Part shown: positions 29,391 to 38,698 of the stretch, piece by piece | Layout of the letters: each line of letters starts with the position of its first letter | How positions within the stretch are numbered: position 1 is the stretch's first letter | Origin: Candidatus Bathyarchaeia archaeon | GTDB taxonomy: Archaea > Thermoproteota > Bathyarchaeia > Bathyarchaeales > Bathycorpusculaceae | NCBI GenBank assembly: GCA_050010755.1 | Contig: JBEKKK010000001.1 | Span: 736,001-800,000 of the forward strand | Length of the DNA stretch: 64,000 bases | Direction: 5' to 3' | The notes under the pieces: model-generated | Database searches by the model: none | Told to the model about the DNA's origin: nothing | What the model saw: only the letters and a program-made list of their open reading frames with translations | Made by a program: the position numbers and the translations under genes

Positions 29391-31652
29391 GCCTCGAACC
29401 CTCCTTATCGTGCTGACGCTAACCCCGTATTTTTCAGCGAAAACTTTATGTCTAATCTTAGAATCTGCAGTCTTTATCTCAGCAACCTCTTTTTCTGTAA
29501 GCTCACGCGGTCTTCCAGACTCCTTCGCTGGGAACTGCGCACGATAAGCCTCGTCAACGATGTCGTACGGCGTCGTGAAAGTGTTCTCTGCAAAGACGTT
29601 AACGTCGCGGTCGAGTTTGCGCTTGCCGTCGAACAACCAGCTGATCTTCTTTTTCTTGTGTTGAACTGAGTTTAGCGGAATGTTGTCGTGTATAAAGTCC
29701 ATCAAGCCTGTCAGCCGAGTCGTCTCGCTCTCAAGGATGACCTCTTTGCGTGCAGCTAAGTTTTCACGTATCATTCTTTCAAAGTTAAGTTTCTTTTCGT
29801 CCGAAGAGCCTGTCACCGCGATGCCTCCTTGTGCAGCGTGAACCAGCTTGCCCTGATACCATGCTGCATAACACCGATTTCTTCCAATCCAGAGCTCATC
29901 TATCGACGCTTCACGCCGTATGCCGCTGTAGAACTTCGCTAATTCTTTTGATAGGTTGCTTTGCTCAAACATCGGGTCACCGAGCCAGAAGCCGCCGTCT
30001 GTCGAGATAGTTAAACAACGTTCACCTTGATTGATAGCCCACCCTGCCATGCTGCGAGCTCTACCCACTATCAGCGACGCCCATTCGATGTTCCAACTAC
30101 CACCTACCTCGCTGCGCGTGTACATCGCACGCATCGCCTTCTTCTTGCCGTATTTTCTGAACTCCTCGCTTTGCAAGCCGCTCACGTGCAACAGCCGGGC
30201 AATATCTTCAGCCGTATGACTCGGCTTCATGTAAGCGAAGCGGCCGATGATGCCCACCATCTTTGCCTTTTCAATCTGATAGTCGGTGCTGTCGCGTTTA
30301 CCGCGCGCTTCAAGCTCAGTCTTCTTCTTCAGCATATCAACAAGGAACGGTCTCAGCTCATTTTCAACTTCGTTCTCCAGCGGCATAAAACCGTAGCCTC
30401 TGAACTTCGTAACATTCACACCCAGAGTCAGCGCCTGTCGAAGCTCAGCCAACGTGCAGTACGATAAGCCTCGTAATGGAAACATCAGTTTCGGATAATA
30501 GTTTACTTGAACAGGCAGCGTCGGGTACATCGTTGCATGAGGAAACTCGAACTCTACCTCGCAGAAGCCTTCAGCGCCTTCTTTAACATCCTGCAGCGTA
30601 ATCGGTTTGTACTCCGTGTCCTCGTTACTCAGAGGTTGCAGAATACCCGCTATGATGTAAAGAGATTTGAAGTCATAATAAGAGGCTTGAACGTGCGGGA
30701 AATATCCTCGTGCGAAAGCCTGATTGTTACCTCCCCAATACGACATTACGGCGAGAAGTCGTTCGTTCAAGTCGCCGCTGAAAGTTAACGTTTTCGCAAC
30801 ATGCTCGCGCCACGAGCCATTCTTCATCTTCTGGTTTATCTGTATACGTTCTTCTTCAGCTTTACATGGCAGCTTCTTCATCGTGCGCCGAAACGCTGCC
30901 ACCGTAATCGACGTGTACGTCGCGTAGCAGTGAGGGTCCAAGTTAAGTGGTTTATAAGAATCAACGATGCTGCGCCAAGCCTCGACTGCGATTTCAGCGT
31001 CTCGTACGGCGTAAGCCTCGTAGACCTCATGATGCCGTTGCAGCAACTCTTTCATGTGCAGCTTCCAATAGCTGTCATCTTTACCGTCAGCCTCGATTCG
31101 CAGCTTCGCGTAACCGATGGCAGCACCTACCTTGTCCAGAGATGTTTTCATGTGACCGAACAGATCAGCAATGTGTAGCGTGAAGTCTGAGCCTGAAACG
31201 CTGAATCGTCGTTGCCACATAACCGCCTTGTTAAACTCGCTGACCTTCGGCTTCACACGCACCGCGCGCCCGGCTTCAACGCTCTCATATTCGTCGTAAA
31301 AATCCTTGACCTTAGACAGTTCAGCAATCGCGAAATGCGCTATTAGAAAGATGTGCCTGCGCGGTTCGACATCCTGCTCGGCGAGGAATTTCAAAGTGTA
31401 ATCGAGAAGTTCGAGGGAGGAGATGCCTTCACGTTTGCCGATGTAATACACTTTTGAACGTCCGCGACCCAGTGAAAACTGCACGCTCAATAGTTCACGG
31501 TCAGCGCTGCTGTCCTCTGGCGTGAACTCAGTGTCGAAGCCGATGTCAATGTAGTCTTTCAACACTCGGCCTCTTTTCAATGGCGTGAGAACATGCTTCA
31601 AATCTTTCAGTTTAAGGTTTCCAACATCTTCTTTTCTCATACAAAAAACCAA
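29388..31652 (-). CDS. family B DNA polymerase, primer-independent (piPolB)-like, with C-terminal HTH
   Basis: ExoI FDTEF, ExoII AHFAIAEL, ExoIII YAVRDA, YWGGNNQ.F..G, motif A DFKSLY, FEFP...YPTLPV...LMFP..G, motif C ISTDG; tail FAEKYGVSVSTIRRV. Confidence 0.85.
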   Translation of the reverse strand: MVFCMRKEDVGNLKLKDLKHVLTPLKRGRVLKDYIDIGFDTEFTPEDSSADRELLSVQFSLGRGRSKVYYIGKREGISSLELLDYTLKFLAEQDVEPRRHIFLIAHFAIAELSKVKDFYDEYESVEAGRAVRVKPKVSEFNKAVMWQRRFSVSGSDFTLHIADLFGHMKTSLDKVGAAIGYAKLRIEADGKDDSYWKLHMKELLQRHHEVYEAYAVRDAEIAVEAWRSIVDSYKPLNLDPHCYATYTSITVAAFRRTMKKLPCKAEEERIQINQKMKNGSWREHVAKTLTFSGDLNERLLAVMSYWGGNNQAFARGYFPHVQASYYDFKSLYIIAGILQPLSNEDTEYKPITLQDVKEGAEGFCEVEFEFPHATMYPTLPVQVNYYPKLMFPLRGLSYCTLAELRQALTLGVNVTKFRGYGFMPLENEVENELRPFLVDMLKKKTELEARGKRDSTDYQIEKAKMVGIIGRFAYMKPSHTAEDIARLLHVSGLQSEEFRKYGKKKAMRAMYTRSEVGGSWNIEWASLIVGRARSMAGWAINQGERCLTISTDGGFWLGDPMFEQSNLSKELAKFYSGIRREASIDELWIGRNRCYAAWYQGKLVHAAQGGIAVTGSSDEKKLNFERMIRENLAARKEVILESETTRLTGLMDFIHDNIPLNSVQHKKKKISWLFDGKRKLDRDVNVFAENTFTTPYDIVDEAYRAQFPAKESGRPRELTEKEVAEIKTADSKIRHKVFAEKYGVSVSTIRRVRG

Positions 31653-31811
31653 CTTTTTCTTTCGCTCACACAGGGGGGATTTTGTTCCATTGTGTAACTA
31701 TTCGCGCGTATTTATTTAAACGTTACTTATTATTAAAAGTAACTCAAAAATGAATACTAATGATAAATCTTAAATATAAAGTAACGCGTATGTACCCCTG
31801 AGGACAAAGCA

Positions 31812-32210
31812 ATGCTGAGAAAGAGTGAAGTCAACTTTGTCGAGAAAAACAAAGGCCATAATGGAGTCATGATGGCTTCGGATAAACAAAAAATGTACAG
31901 GATTAGAAAGAAAGCGCAGAAAACTATTGAAGAACTGACTTACCTTGCCCAGAATCTCCCGGAGAAACAGCTTAAGCAAATTTTTAGTGAAGCTGCTCTT
32001 ATTCCGTTCTGCAAGGCGATTCTCCACAGGCCGGAAGCTGACAAGAAGCGCATTCGCAAAATCATCCTGGGGCTTATAGGGGACGTCTTTGGCGACGAGG
32101 AGTTTGCTCTGAGAATGGTTCCTGAAGACGCAAGAAGGCTGATTTCGAACACTGATAACCCGTTGGAACTCGTTGAGAGTTTGTTTTTCGCTTCAATGTA
32201 TTCAGAATGA
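31812..32210 (+). CDS. hypothetical basic helical protein divergent from the polymerase
   Basis: 132-aa ORF behind an AT-rich region with a TATA-like box. Confidence 0.65.
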   Translation: MLRKSEVNFVEKNKGHNGVMMASDKQKMYRIRKKAQKTIEELTYLAQNLPEKQLKQIFSEAALIPFCKAILHRPEADKKRIRKIILGLIGDVFGDEEFALRMVPEDARRLISNTDNPLELVESLFFASMYSE

Positions 32211-32464
32211 CTGCGCTTGCAGGTCAGACCATACTGGTACCTCAGAAGTGGGCTTCTCAGGAAATCAATTGAATAGTTCTTAGCGCGTGCTATATGAGTT
32301 ACGCAAAACCTTTTTTTCTCGACTCTGTTGAATGCCTATCCTTCTTGAGTGTGAGTAACTCGTAACCGATGTAATCATGATAACTACTTGGATTTGATTC
32401 GTGTTTGCTCCCTGCCGCGCGTGCTGAAAAGGCAGATAAGGTTGGTTAACCTATCTTCTGCAGG

Positions 32465-33868
32465 ATGGGATTAATGACTTCGCAGAGCTACTTTTCTTTG
32501 CTTTTGACTCTTGCAAAAATGACCCAGAAAATTACTACAGAATTTAATGAAAAAGGGCAGATAAGAAAAATCAAAATGCCATATCTCAAAGAAAAGATTA
32601 CGCGGTTTGAATACAAAGAAGGAAGCATTGCTCGGCAGTGGAGCTATGAACAAATCGTCAAAGAAGAGTGGGTCTGGGAGGACCTAGTCAGAATAATCGC
32701 GCCCGAGGCAAAAAAACTGGAAAGTTTTCCAAAAAGCGTCCAACAATTATCTGAGGTTTTTAAGGTTGATGTTACCCAAGCTGAATTTTGGGTATCTCGT
32801 TTTGTTGACGTAATTGCCAAAGAAACTTTGGAAAATGCCAATGAAGACAGAATTGCAGAATTGACTTTTTCCTTTGTGAGAGACCTAGAAGGTTCTCCAA
32901 GAACATGGTCTCCTAGACTGTGGCTTAAAGGAATATGGATGGTTGATGATGTTGTTGAAGTCTCTGAAAGTTTGCGATTTACAAAACCAGCGGCTGTTGA
33001 TCTTGAAAGAGAATGGAACTTGCGCATGTTCCCTTTTTTTTATGAAAATTGGCTACGTAATGACCCGAGCGCGATACTGGATGTATCATTCCGTGCTAAG
33101 AACCAGCCTGAAATGCAAAAGGAAATTGAAAAGCTGATGTTGGTGCTTCGTCTGTTCAGGGTTGGTTCAGTTTCCAACGTTAGAACAGTATGGAAGTCTG
33201 AGTCTATACTCGAATTTGGAGTAGGTGGCGTCTCCTTTGGGGGTCTATTATCTGAAAGTTATAAGTATTCCCTTTCAAAAGCAGATGTTCCCAAACTCAA
33301 AGAATTCTTTGAAAAGATAATTCCTCTTATTCCTCCGAACTTGTATGACCCTGCGATAAAACCAGTGGATTACTCCGTGATAGCTGTTCAAAGATACAAC
33401 GATGCAATTTCGAAGCCTGAGATATTTGAAAGCCGACTCAGTTTTGCAATAATGGCTCTAGAAGCGTTGTATTTGAAGGAAAACGAGCGTGAAGAACTAG
33501 AGCATCGTCTGAGTCAAAGGTTAGCTCGACTCTTGAGTTTTTGCCGCTATGAGCCAATCGAGGTTTACAACACAATGAAAGAGTCCTACGGATTGCGCAG
33601 CAGTTTCGTTCACGGTTCGCCAATCCCTGAGGAAAAGTTGAAAGGCATAGCGAAAATGGGTCAAGAAGTCATTGAATACGCGCGTTTATCAATTGTTTTG
33701 TTCTTGTTGCTAAAACAAGTGACTGAAAAAGACAAGTTTCTCAGTCTGATTGACCACTCATTGCTAAGCGAAAATGCTGTTGACAAGCTTGACAAAACTC
33801 TTAAAGAACACTGCACCATTTGTCTGGTTCAAGATTTAAGGTCCACTGAGGCTACTTCAAAGCCGTGA
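32465..33868 (+). CDS. ApeA-like HEPN domain protein (putative defence RNase)
   Basis: ALEALY..E..ELEHRLSQR helix and YGLRSSFVHG (RxxxxH); start probably later than 32465. Confidence 0.8.
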   Translation: MGLMTSQSYFSLLLTLAKMTQKITTEFNEKGQIRKIKMPYLKEKITRFEYKEGSIARQWSYEQIVKEEWVWEDLVRIIAPEAKKLESFPKSVQQLSEVFKVDVTQAEFWVSRFVDVIAKETLENANEDRIAELTFSFVRDLEGSPRTWSPRLWLKGIWMVDDVVEVSESLRFTKPAAVDLEREWNLRMFPFFYENWLRNDPSAILDVSFRAKNQPEMQKEIEKLMLVLRLFRVGSVSNVRTVWKSESILEFGVGGVSFGGLLSESYKYSLSKADVPKLKEFFEKIIPLIPPNLYDPAIKPVDYSVIAVQRYNDAISKPEIFESRLSFAIMALEALYLKENEREELEHRLSQRLARLLSFCRYEPIEVYNTMKESYGLRSSFVHGSPIPEEKLKGIAKMGQEVIEYARLSIVLFLLLKQVTEKDKFLSLIDHSLLSENAVDKLDKTLKEHCTICLVQDLRSTEATSKP

Positions 33869-33966
33869 AAAACCTCAAAAAGTTACTGCGCATTTCATCT
33901 TTAGCGCGCGCTGCATTTTCTGCCTAGGTTGCAACCCAAGCACAGAGAGAACCTAGGGGGCTAGGG

Positions 33967-35268
33967 TCAGTGTTCGACCACAATCTTCCCGCTGGCCAGG
34001 GACGTGACCACTTTCCAGCCATTCTTTAGGCATTCAGTCAACTCTGTTTCGGTTACAAGTTTCTGACAATGTTCGCCGTCGGGGCAATCTTCTTTCTGCT
34101 TATTCACCTGTCCCTTGGGCCGCTTGGCGCGGAGGACTTTGCCCACGTTCTCAGCGTCTCGTAACTGAATCCCTGCCCGCTTTGCTGCGTCACGTTGGTC
34201 AGGTGATAAGCTCTCCTTGAACTTTTCCAAGGCCTTGAGTCTCTCTGAGAACTCAAACGTTACCGTCGGTATCTCACTTGTAAATTCCAAAATCTGAACT
34301 GCCTCAGCGAACTTGCTCCGCAGCTGGTCAATCGCTGGCCTTGAATATGGAGCCTCTTCGCCCCGGACTTTTCGGCCTCTGATTTTCCTGGCCCAGTTTG
34401 GAGGCATTCGGATTTCTTCCATCGCTGTGTTTACGTAGCGTCTTGCATCATGCCAATTAAATGTGACACCGGCTTCTTTTGCCAAGCTCCACATCAGTTT
34501 GCCCATATGACCGTATTTGAGCGGGCCGTATGGAGATTGCGCTGAAAGAAAGATGTGGTCCTCAGGTGTAAGTCTTCTTCTCATTCTTGATTCGACCCAT
34601 TCTTTATAGTTTAACAAGTCGCGTTTGGCTTCGGGCGTGAGGAAGGTTATCTGTCTAACGTCTTTGTATCTTCCGATTCCATGCCCCTTTAAGAGCTCAG
34701 GAGGGATGTTAATGCATGGCAAGTCAATTTTTTCCCATCCTTCTTCAAGGTGTTTCCATTGAATCCGCGAAATAGTTTCTTTCGCGATGGCTGTGCTGCA
34801 CACGAAGGTTATGAGTGATTTGTCCCTTGGATTGAGAGCCCAGTTCCAAAGCTTGCGCAAGTCGGCTTTCCGAGGCATGTTGTACGGTCTCACTTTTTCA
34901 ACATTCAATGCGCCCGAGGCTTTGGCGAGGTCGATGTAGTTGTGCTTGAAGAAACTCTTGACTGCAGTGATTAGATGAAATTTCACAGCGTTCGTGAAAC
35001 CCACATTCTCTGTTGACACAAGCTCGTCCAGCAACTTCTCAACTTCCTTGTTTGAGGTTTCCATTTTCAGCAGCTCAGATGGTGTTTTTGCGGCCCATTC
35101 GCAGAACCTATAGAGACTGAAGGCGTTCATCGTCTTGTCTTGGAGTTTGGCAAGCCAACGTTTCACTTCTGGGTACTGGTCTGCCCACAGAGGAATAACA
35201 TTTGAGCTTTTCATCTTCTCAGCTACCTCGGTTGGCTTCTTGCCTTTCGGTCCTACATTACTCGTCAT
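33967..35268 (-). CDS. tyrosine recombinase/integrase
   Basis: RDKSLI, KGHG, HDARR (HxxR), APYSRP catalytic Tyr, C-terminal GWKVV domain seen in archaeal integrases; ~70 bp from attR. Confidence 0.88.
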   Translation of the reverse strand: MTSNVGPKGKKPTEVAEKMKSSNVIPLWADQYPEVKRWLAKLQDKTMNAFSLYRFCEWAAKTPSELLKMETSNKEVEKLLDELVSTENVGFTNAVKFHLITAVKSFFKHNYIDLAKASGALNVEKVRPYNMPRKADLRKLWNWALNPRDKSLITFVCSTAIAKETISRIQWKHLEEGWEKIDLPCINIPPELLKGHGIGRYKDVRQITFLTPEAKRDLLNYKEWVESRMRRRLTPEDHIFLSAQSPYGPLKYGHMGKLMWSLAKEAGVTFNWHDARRYVNTAMEEIRMPPNWARKIRGRKVRGEEAPYSRPAIDQLRSKFAEAVQILEFTSEIPTVTFEFSERLKALEKFKESLSPDQRDAAKRAGIQLRDAENVGKVLRAKRPKGQVNKQKEDCPDGEHCQKLVTETELTECLKNGWKVVTSLASGKIVVEH

Positions 35269-35335
35269 CCCAGACGCCTCGAAAAATGATGTACGCAGCC
35301 GAGTACTTATAGTTGCTTACTGTTTTCCTATACAA

Positions 35336-35349
35336 CAACAGTTGAATCT
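35336..35349 (+). repeat. attR core followed by the displaced endoQ tail (QQLNLTDFTF-stop)
   Basis: CAACAGTTGAATCT TACCGACTTCACTTTTTGA. Confidence 0.88.
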
Positions 35350-35460
35350 TACCGACTTCACTTTTTGATGTCTGGTCCATGCTTTTGCTGTATGTGTGGT
35401 GAACAAGTCTACGACAAGACTTATTAAATCGTAAGACGTGCGATTATTCTGTGATACCGA

Positions 35461-35799
35461 ATGGAGACAGTGACACAGCAAAAGTCCAGCAACAATGATG
35501 CCGTCCTGGCAGTAATAGACAGGGTTCTGAACCAAGTTTTCGGGAAAGAAGCCACGATTCTGATATTCAGGTACATGGAACAAAACTACTCCTTGAACCG
35601 CAGTGAAGTCAGCGACAAGATTGAATTGTTCGCACAGGGATTAGAGGACTTCCTGAGATCGGGCGCAACCATAATCGAGAGAAAGATTCTCGAAGACATA
35701 ACCTCCGATTGCAACCAGCTTCGCAGAATGGAACTTGAGAACGTTGAGGACGAACCGAGTTTTGTCGCTCAAATGAAAATAGCCATGCACAGATCTTAA
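35461..35799 (+). CDS. small archaeal hypothetical protein (DUF3227-like)
   Basis: VFGKEATILI...FAQGLEDFL..GATIIERKIL pattern. Confidence 0.6.
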   Translation: METVTQQKSSNNDAVLAVIDRVLNQVFGKEATILIFRYMEQNYSLNRSEVSDKIELFAQGLEDFLRSGATIIERKILEDITSDCNQLRRMELENVEDEPSFVAQMKIAMHRS

Positions 35800-35815
35800 T
35801 CATTTTTCATTTAAT

Positions 35816-37324
35816 GTGCCAAACGTCTCGCGCAGCATAATTGTTTTTCTTTTCATAAGCCATGCGCGCGTTGACAGTTTTATAAGTCCTAATGAACATT
35901 CTTCTGGAAGTAGATGTTTCGAAGCGGAAGCAGAAGATTTGAAAGACGTTTTATCTAAGGTAATCGAAACTGCCGTTAAGGCTTTCAAGGCTGAATACGT
36001 CGAGGTTCGTGCGCAGAAACTCTACAAGACAGCGGTCACCGTTAAGGAAGCTCGTGTTGAAGCGGCAAAACAGGGAATTGAAAATGGCGCGGCACTCCGC
36101 GTCCTCGTTAAAGGTGCTTGGGGATTTGCTTCTGTAGGCACTCTGGATGTTCAAGCTTTGAGTGATGCTGTCTCAGACGCGTGCAGAATGGCCAAAGCCG
36201 CGAGCGCAAGACGCAGATTGCCCGTGAAGCTTGCTCAAACTAAGACCGTTGAAGACAAGATTGTGTCGAAACCAAGAAAAGACCCAGCAGAAGTACCTGT
36301 TGAAAACAAGATGAACCTGCTGCTGAGTGTCAACAACACTGCCTTACGAGAGGACAACCGTGTCAAGAGTGTGACTACAAACTATCTTGATCTGACAGGC
36401 ATGAGTTATTTCATCAACAGCGAACATACGTACATCGAACAGGACAAACTTTATGTTTTTTTGGGGGTTTCCGTTACTGCCAAAGAAAACAATCTCTTTA
36501 CTTTCAGCAGTGAAGCCGTAGGGTCTACGTCTGGATATGAGGTGTTCGACGTTGAAACGCCCACTAAGGTGGGGGAAACCGTTGCTAGACGTGCAACTGC
36601 GCAGCTGAAGGCGAAACCTCCTAGAGGAGGTACGTTCCCAGTGGTTCTCGCTCCGAACGTGGTCGGCACGTTGGTTCATGAGGCCTTTGGACACTTGGCT
36701 GAGGCCGATCTCACGCTGGCTGGGTCGGTTTTGTCCGATAAGCTCGAGAAGAGGGTGGCTTCCAACGTCGTGACTTTCTATGACGATGGAACGGTAAACG
36801 GTGCTTTTGGCTCCTTCAAGTATGATGATGAGGGCGTTCAGGCGCAGAAGACGCTGCTCGTCAAAGACGGTGTATTGGTCGGGCTGATGCACAACCGCGA
36901 GACGGCTCAACAGCTCAGTGCAGATCCAACAGGCAATGCGAGGGCCGAAGACTTTCACTTTGAACCAATAGTTCGGATGCGGAACACGTTCATCGAAGCG
37001 AGGGATTACACGTTTGAAGAGCTGATTGAAGACGTGAAATTTGGTTATTACCTGAAGAGCTTCCGCGGCGGCGAAGCTAACTTGGACGGTACTTTCCAAG
37101 TTGGAATTCAAGAGGCCTATGAAATTGTTAGGGGAGAGGTCGGCGAACCCGTCAGAAATGCCTCCATAAGTGGCAACACGCTTGAAACACTGTTCAAGAT
37201 AGACGCCGTAGGAAAAGAGTTTGAACTCTGGCCTGGCCTCTGCGGCAAGGGTCAATCAGCATGTGTGGGTGACGGCGGTGCCCATACTAGAGTGAGGGAG
37301 GTGATGGTCGGTGGCAGCTCTTAG
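35816..37324 (+). CDS. tldD: TldD-family metalloprotease
   Basis: HEAFGHLAEAD, YDDEG, TGNARA, RMRNT, CGKGQ; true start downstream of 35816. Confidence 0.93.
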   Translation: MPNVSRSIIVFLFISHARVDSFISPNEHSSGSRCFEAEAEDLKDVLSKVIETAVKAFKAEYVEVRAQKLYKTAVTVKEARVEAAKQGIENGAALRVLVKGAWGFASVGTLDVQALSDAVSDACRMAKAASARRRLPVKLAQTKTVEDKIVSKPRKDPAEVPVENKMNLLLSVNNTALREDNRVKSVTTNYLDLTGMSYFINSEHTYIEQDKLYVFLGVSVTAKENNLFTFSSEAVGSTSGYEVFDVETPTKVGETVARRATAQLKAKPPRGGTFPVVLAPNVVGTLVHEAFGHLAEADLTLAGSVLSDKLEKRVASNVVTFYDDGTVNGAFGSFKYDDEGVQAQKTLLVKDGVLVGLMHNRETAQQLSADPTGNARAEDFHFEPIVRMRNTFIEARDYTFEELIEDVKFGYYLKSFRGGEANLDGTFQVGIQEAYEIVRGEVGEPVRNASISGNTLETLFKIDAVGKEFELWPGLCGKGQSACVGDGGAHTRVREVMVGGSS

Positions 37325-38675
37325 ACAGGAAGAGCTACTTCGTCTGGCTGAAAGAGCATCCGAACTCGCATTGAAAAAAGGAGCGAGCGAGGCTGAAGCG
37401 TACGTCTTTCAGGACTTGAGCACGTATGTCAGCATTGAAAGAGGACAGATTTCAAAGACCTCTCGAACGTTTGACAGAGGATTGGGCTGCAGGGCAATAG
37501 TCAACAAGTCTCTGGGTTTTTGTTACACGAACGTACTTGAGAGTGAAAATGCCGTAGAAGAAACAGTTCTCAAGGCATTGGATTTTGCGCGAGCAAACAG
37601 ACCAGACGATAACTGGCGTGGTCTCCCAGCTGAGAAACCCTTCCCGACTGTGAAAGACACTTACGACAGCAGAATAGAGAACCTGCGCGTGGAAAACCTG
37701 GTCGAAACAGCCTCTGTAATGTTAGACGCTGCAGAAAAAAAGGATAAACGCGCCTTTCCAATAGAAGGCGAAGTGCGCGCGAGCAGCTTGTCCGCCGCTC
37801 TTGCGAACTCGAACCGTGTCTCTGTTGACGACAGAGGGACCATGATTGAATGTAGTCTGGCGACGATAGGCCACGAAGCAGACGAAGTGACGCCAGTATG
37901 CTTCGAGTTCAACCTCGAAAGAACCTACGACATTGATGCTGCCGCGGTCGGCGAAGAAGCGGCCAGGCTTGCGGTTTCAGCGTTGAAGGCCAAAAAGACA
38001 GAGACAAAGGAGACTACGGTAATACTTACCCAGTTTGCTCTGCAACAGTTGCTATCTTACACTCTCATCAGCGCCATCAGCGCGGATCGCGTGCAGAGAG
38101 ACCAATCCTTCTTCAGAGGCCGAGTTGGCGAAAAAGTGGCGTCAGAAATTGTGACCGTTTATGACGATGGCCTTTTGCCCGGCGGCATCCGCACTTGGAA
38201 GTCTGACGGCGAAGGCGTTCCTCAGCAAAAAACGCTCATCATCGAAAAAGGAGTCCTCCGAGGCTTCATCTACGACAATTACGCGGCCAGAAAGGAAGGA
38301 AGAGAAAGCACTGGAAACGGTGCAAGAGCAAGCTATTTGTCCACCCCGAGCGTTGACGCGACGAACCTACACTTTCAAGCTGGAACAGAATCGGCAGAAG
38401 CGCTCATCCGTGACGTACAGGAAGGGCTTCTAGTCAATTCGGTTCAGGGTGCACACACGAGCAATCCAGCCAGCGGAGAATTCAGTGTTGTTGCCACCCC
38501 CGCCTGGGCCATCAAGAACGGCGAAATTGCTTATCCAGTTAAGGGAGCGATGCTGTCTGGAGATGTCTTTCACATGTTAGCGAATGTATCCGGCTTGGCT
38601 AACAACGAGAGGAAAATCGGGCAGGTCGTCGCACCATGGGTCCGGGTGGAAAATGTTAAAATCATAGGAAAATAA
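37311..38675 (+). CDS. pmbA: PmbA/TldE-family protein
   Basis: DGEGVP, STGNGAR, GAHTSNPASGEFS; no HExxH; paired with tldD. Confidence 0.92.
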   Translation: MAALRQEELLRLAERASELALKKGASEAEAYVFQDLSTYVSIERGQISKTSRTFDRGLGCRAIVNKSLGFCYTNVLESENAVEETVLKALDFARANRPDDNWRGLPAEKPFPTVKDTYDSRIENLRVENLVETASVMLDAAEKKDKRAFPIEGEVRASSLSAALANSNRVSVDDRGTMIECSLATIGHEADEVTPVCFEFNLERTYDIDAAAVGEEAARLAVSALKAKKTETKETTVILTQFALQQLLSYTLISAISADRVQRDQSFFRGRVGEKVASEIVTVYDDGLLPGGIRTWKSDGEGVPQQKTLIIEKGVLRGFIYDNYAARKEGRESTGNGARASYLSTPSVDATNLHFQAGTESAEALIRDVQEGLLVNSVQGAHTSNPASGEFSVVATPAWAIKNGEIAYPVKGAMLSGDVFHMLANVSGLANNERKIGQVVAPWVRVENVKIIGK

Positions 38676-38698
38676 ATAACTCAGTCCCTCATTAGAGC

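Larger units (their letters stand above)
19846..35349. mobile_element. integrated element (candidate archaeal pipolin): integrase, piPolB-like polymerase and defence cargo
   Basis: bounded by direct repeat CAACAGTTGAATCT; integrase at right end; cargo of R-M, HEPN and nuclease genes; much of it AT-richer than the flanks. Confidence 0.88.

Noticed and set aside
33923-33957. CCTAGGTT...AACCTAGG inverted repeat between the convergent HEPN and integrase genes
   Set aside because: Only 8-bp arms with a long loop; may be a terminator but the evidence is too weak.
19846-35349. Casposon or provirus interpretation of the PolB element
   Set aside because: No Cas1-like casposase, no long terminal inverted repeats with target duplication, and no virion genes; direct-repeat att plus tyrosine integrase fits better.
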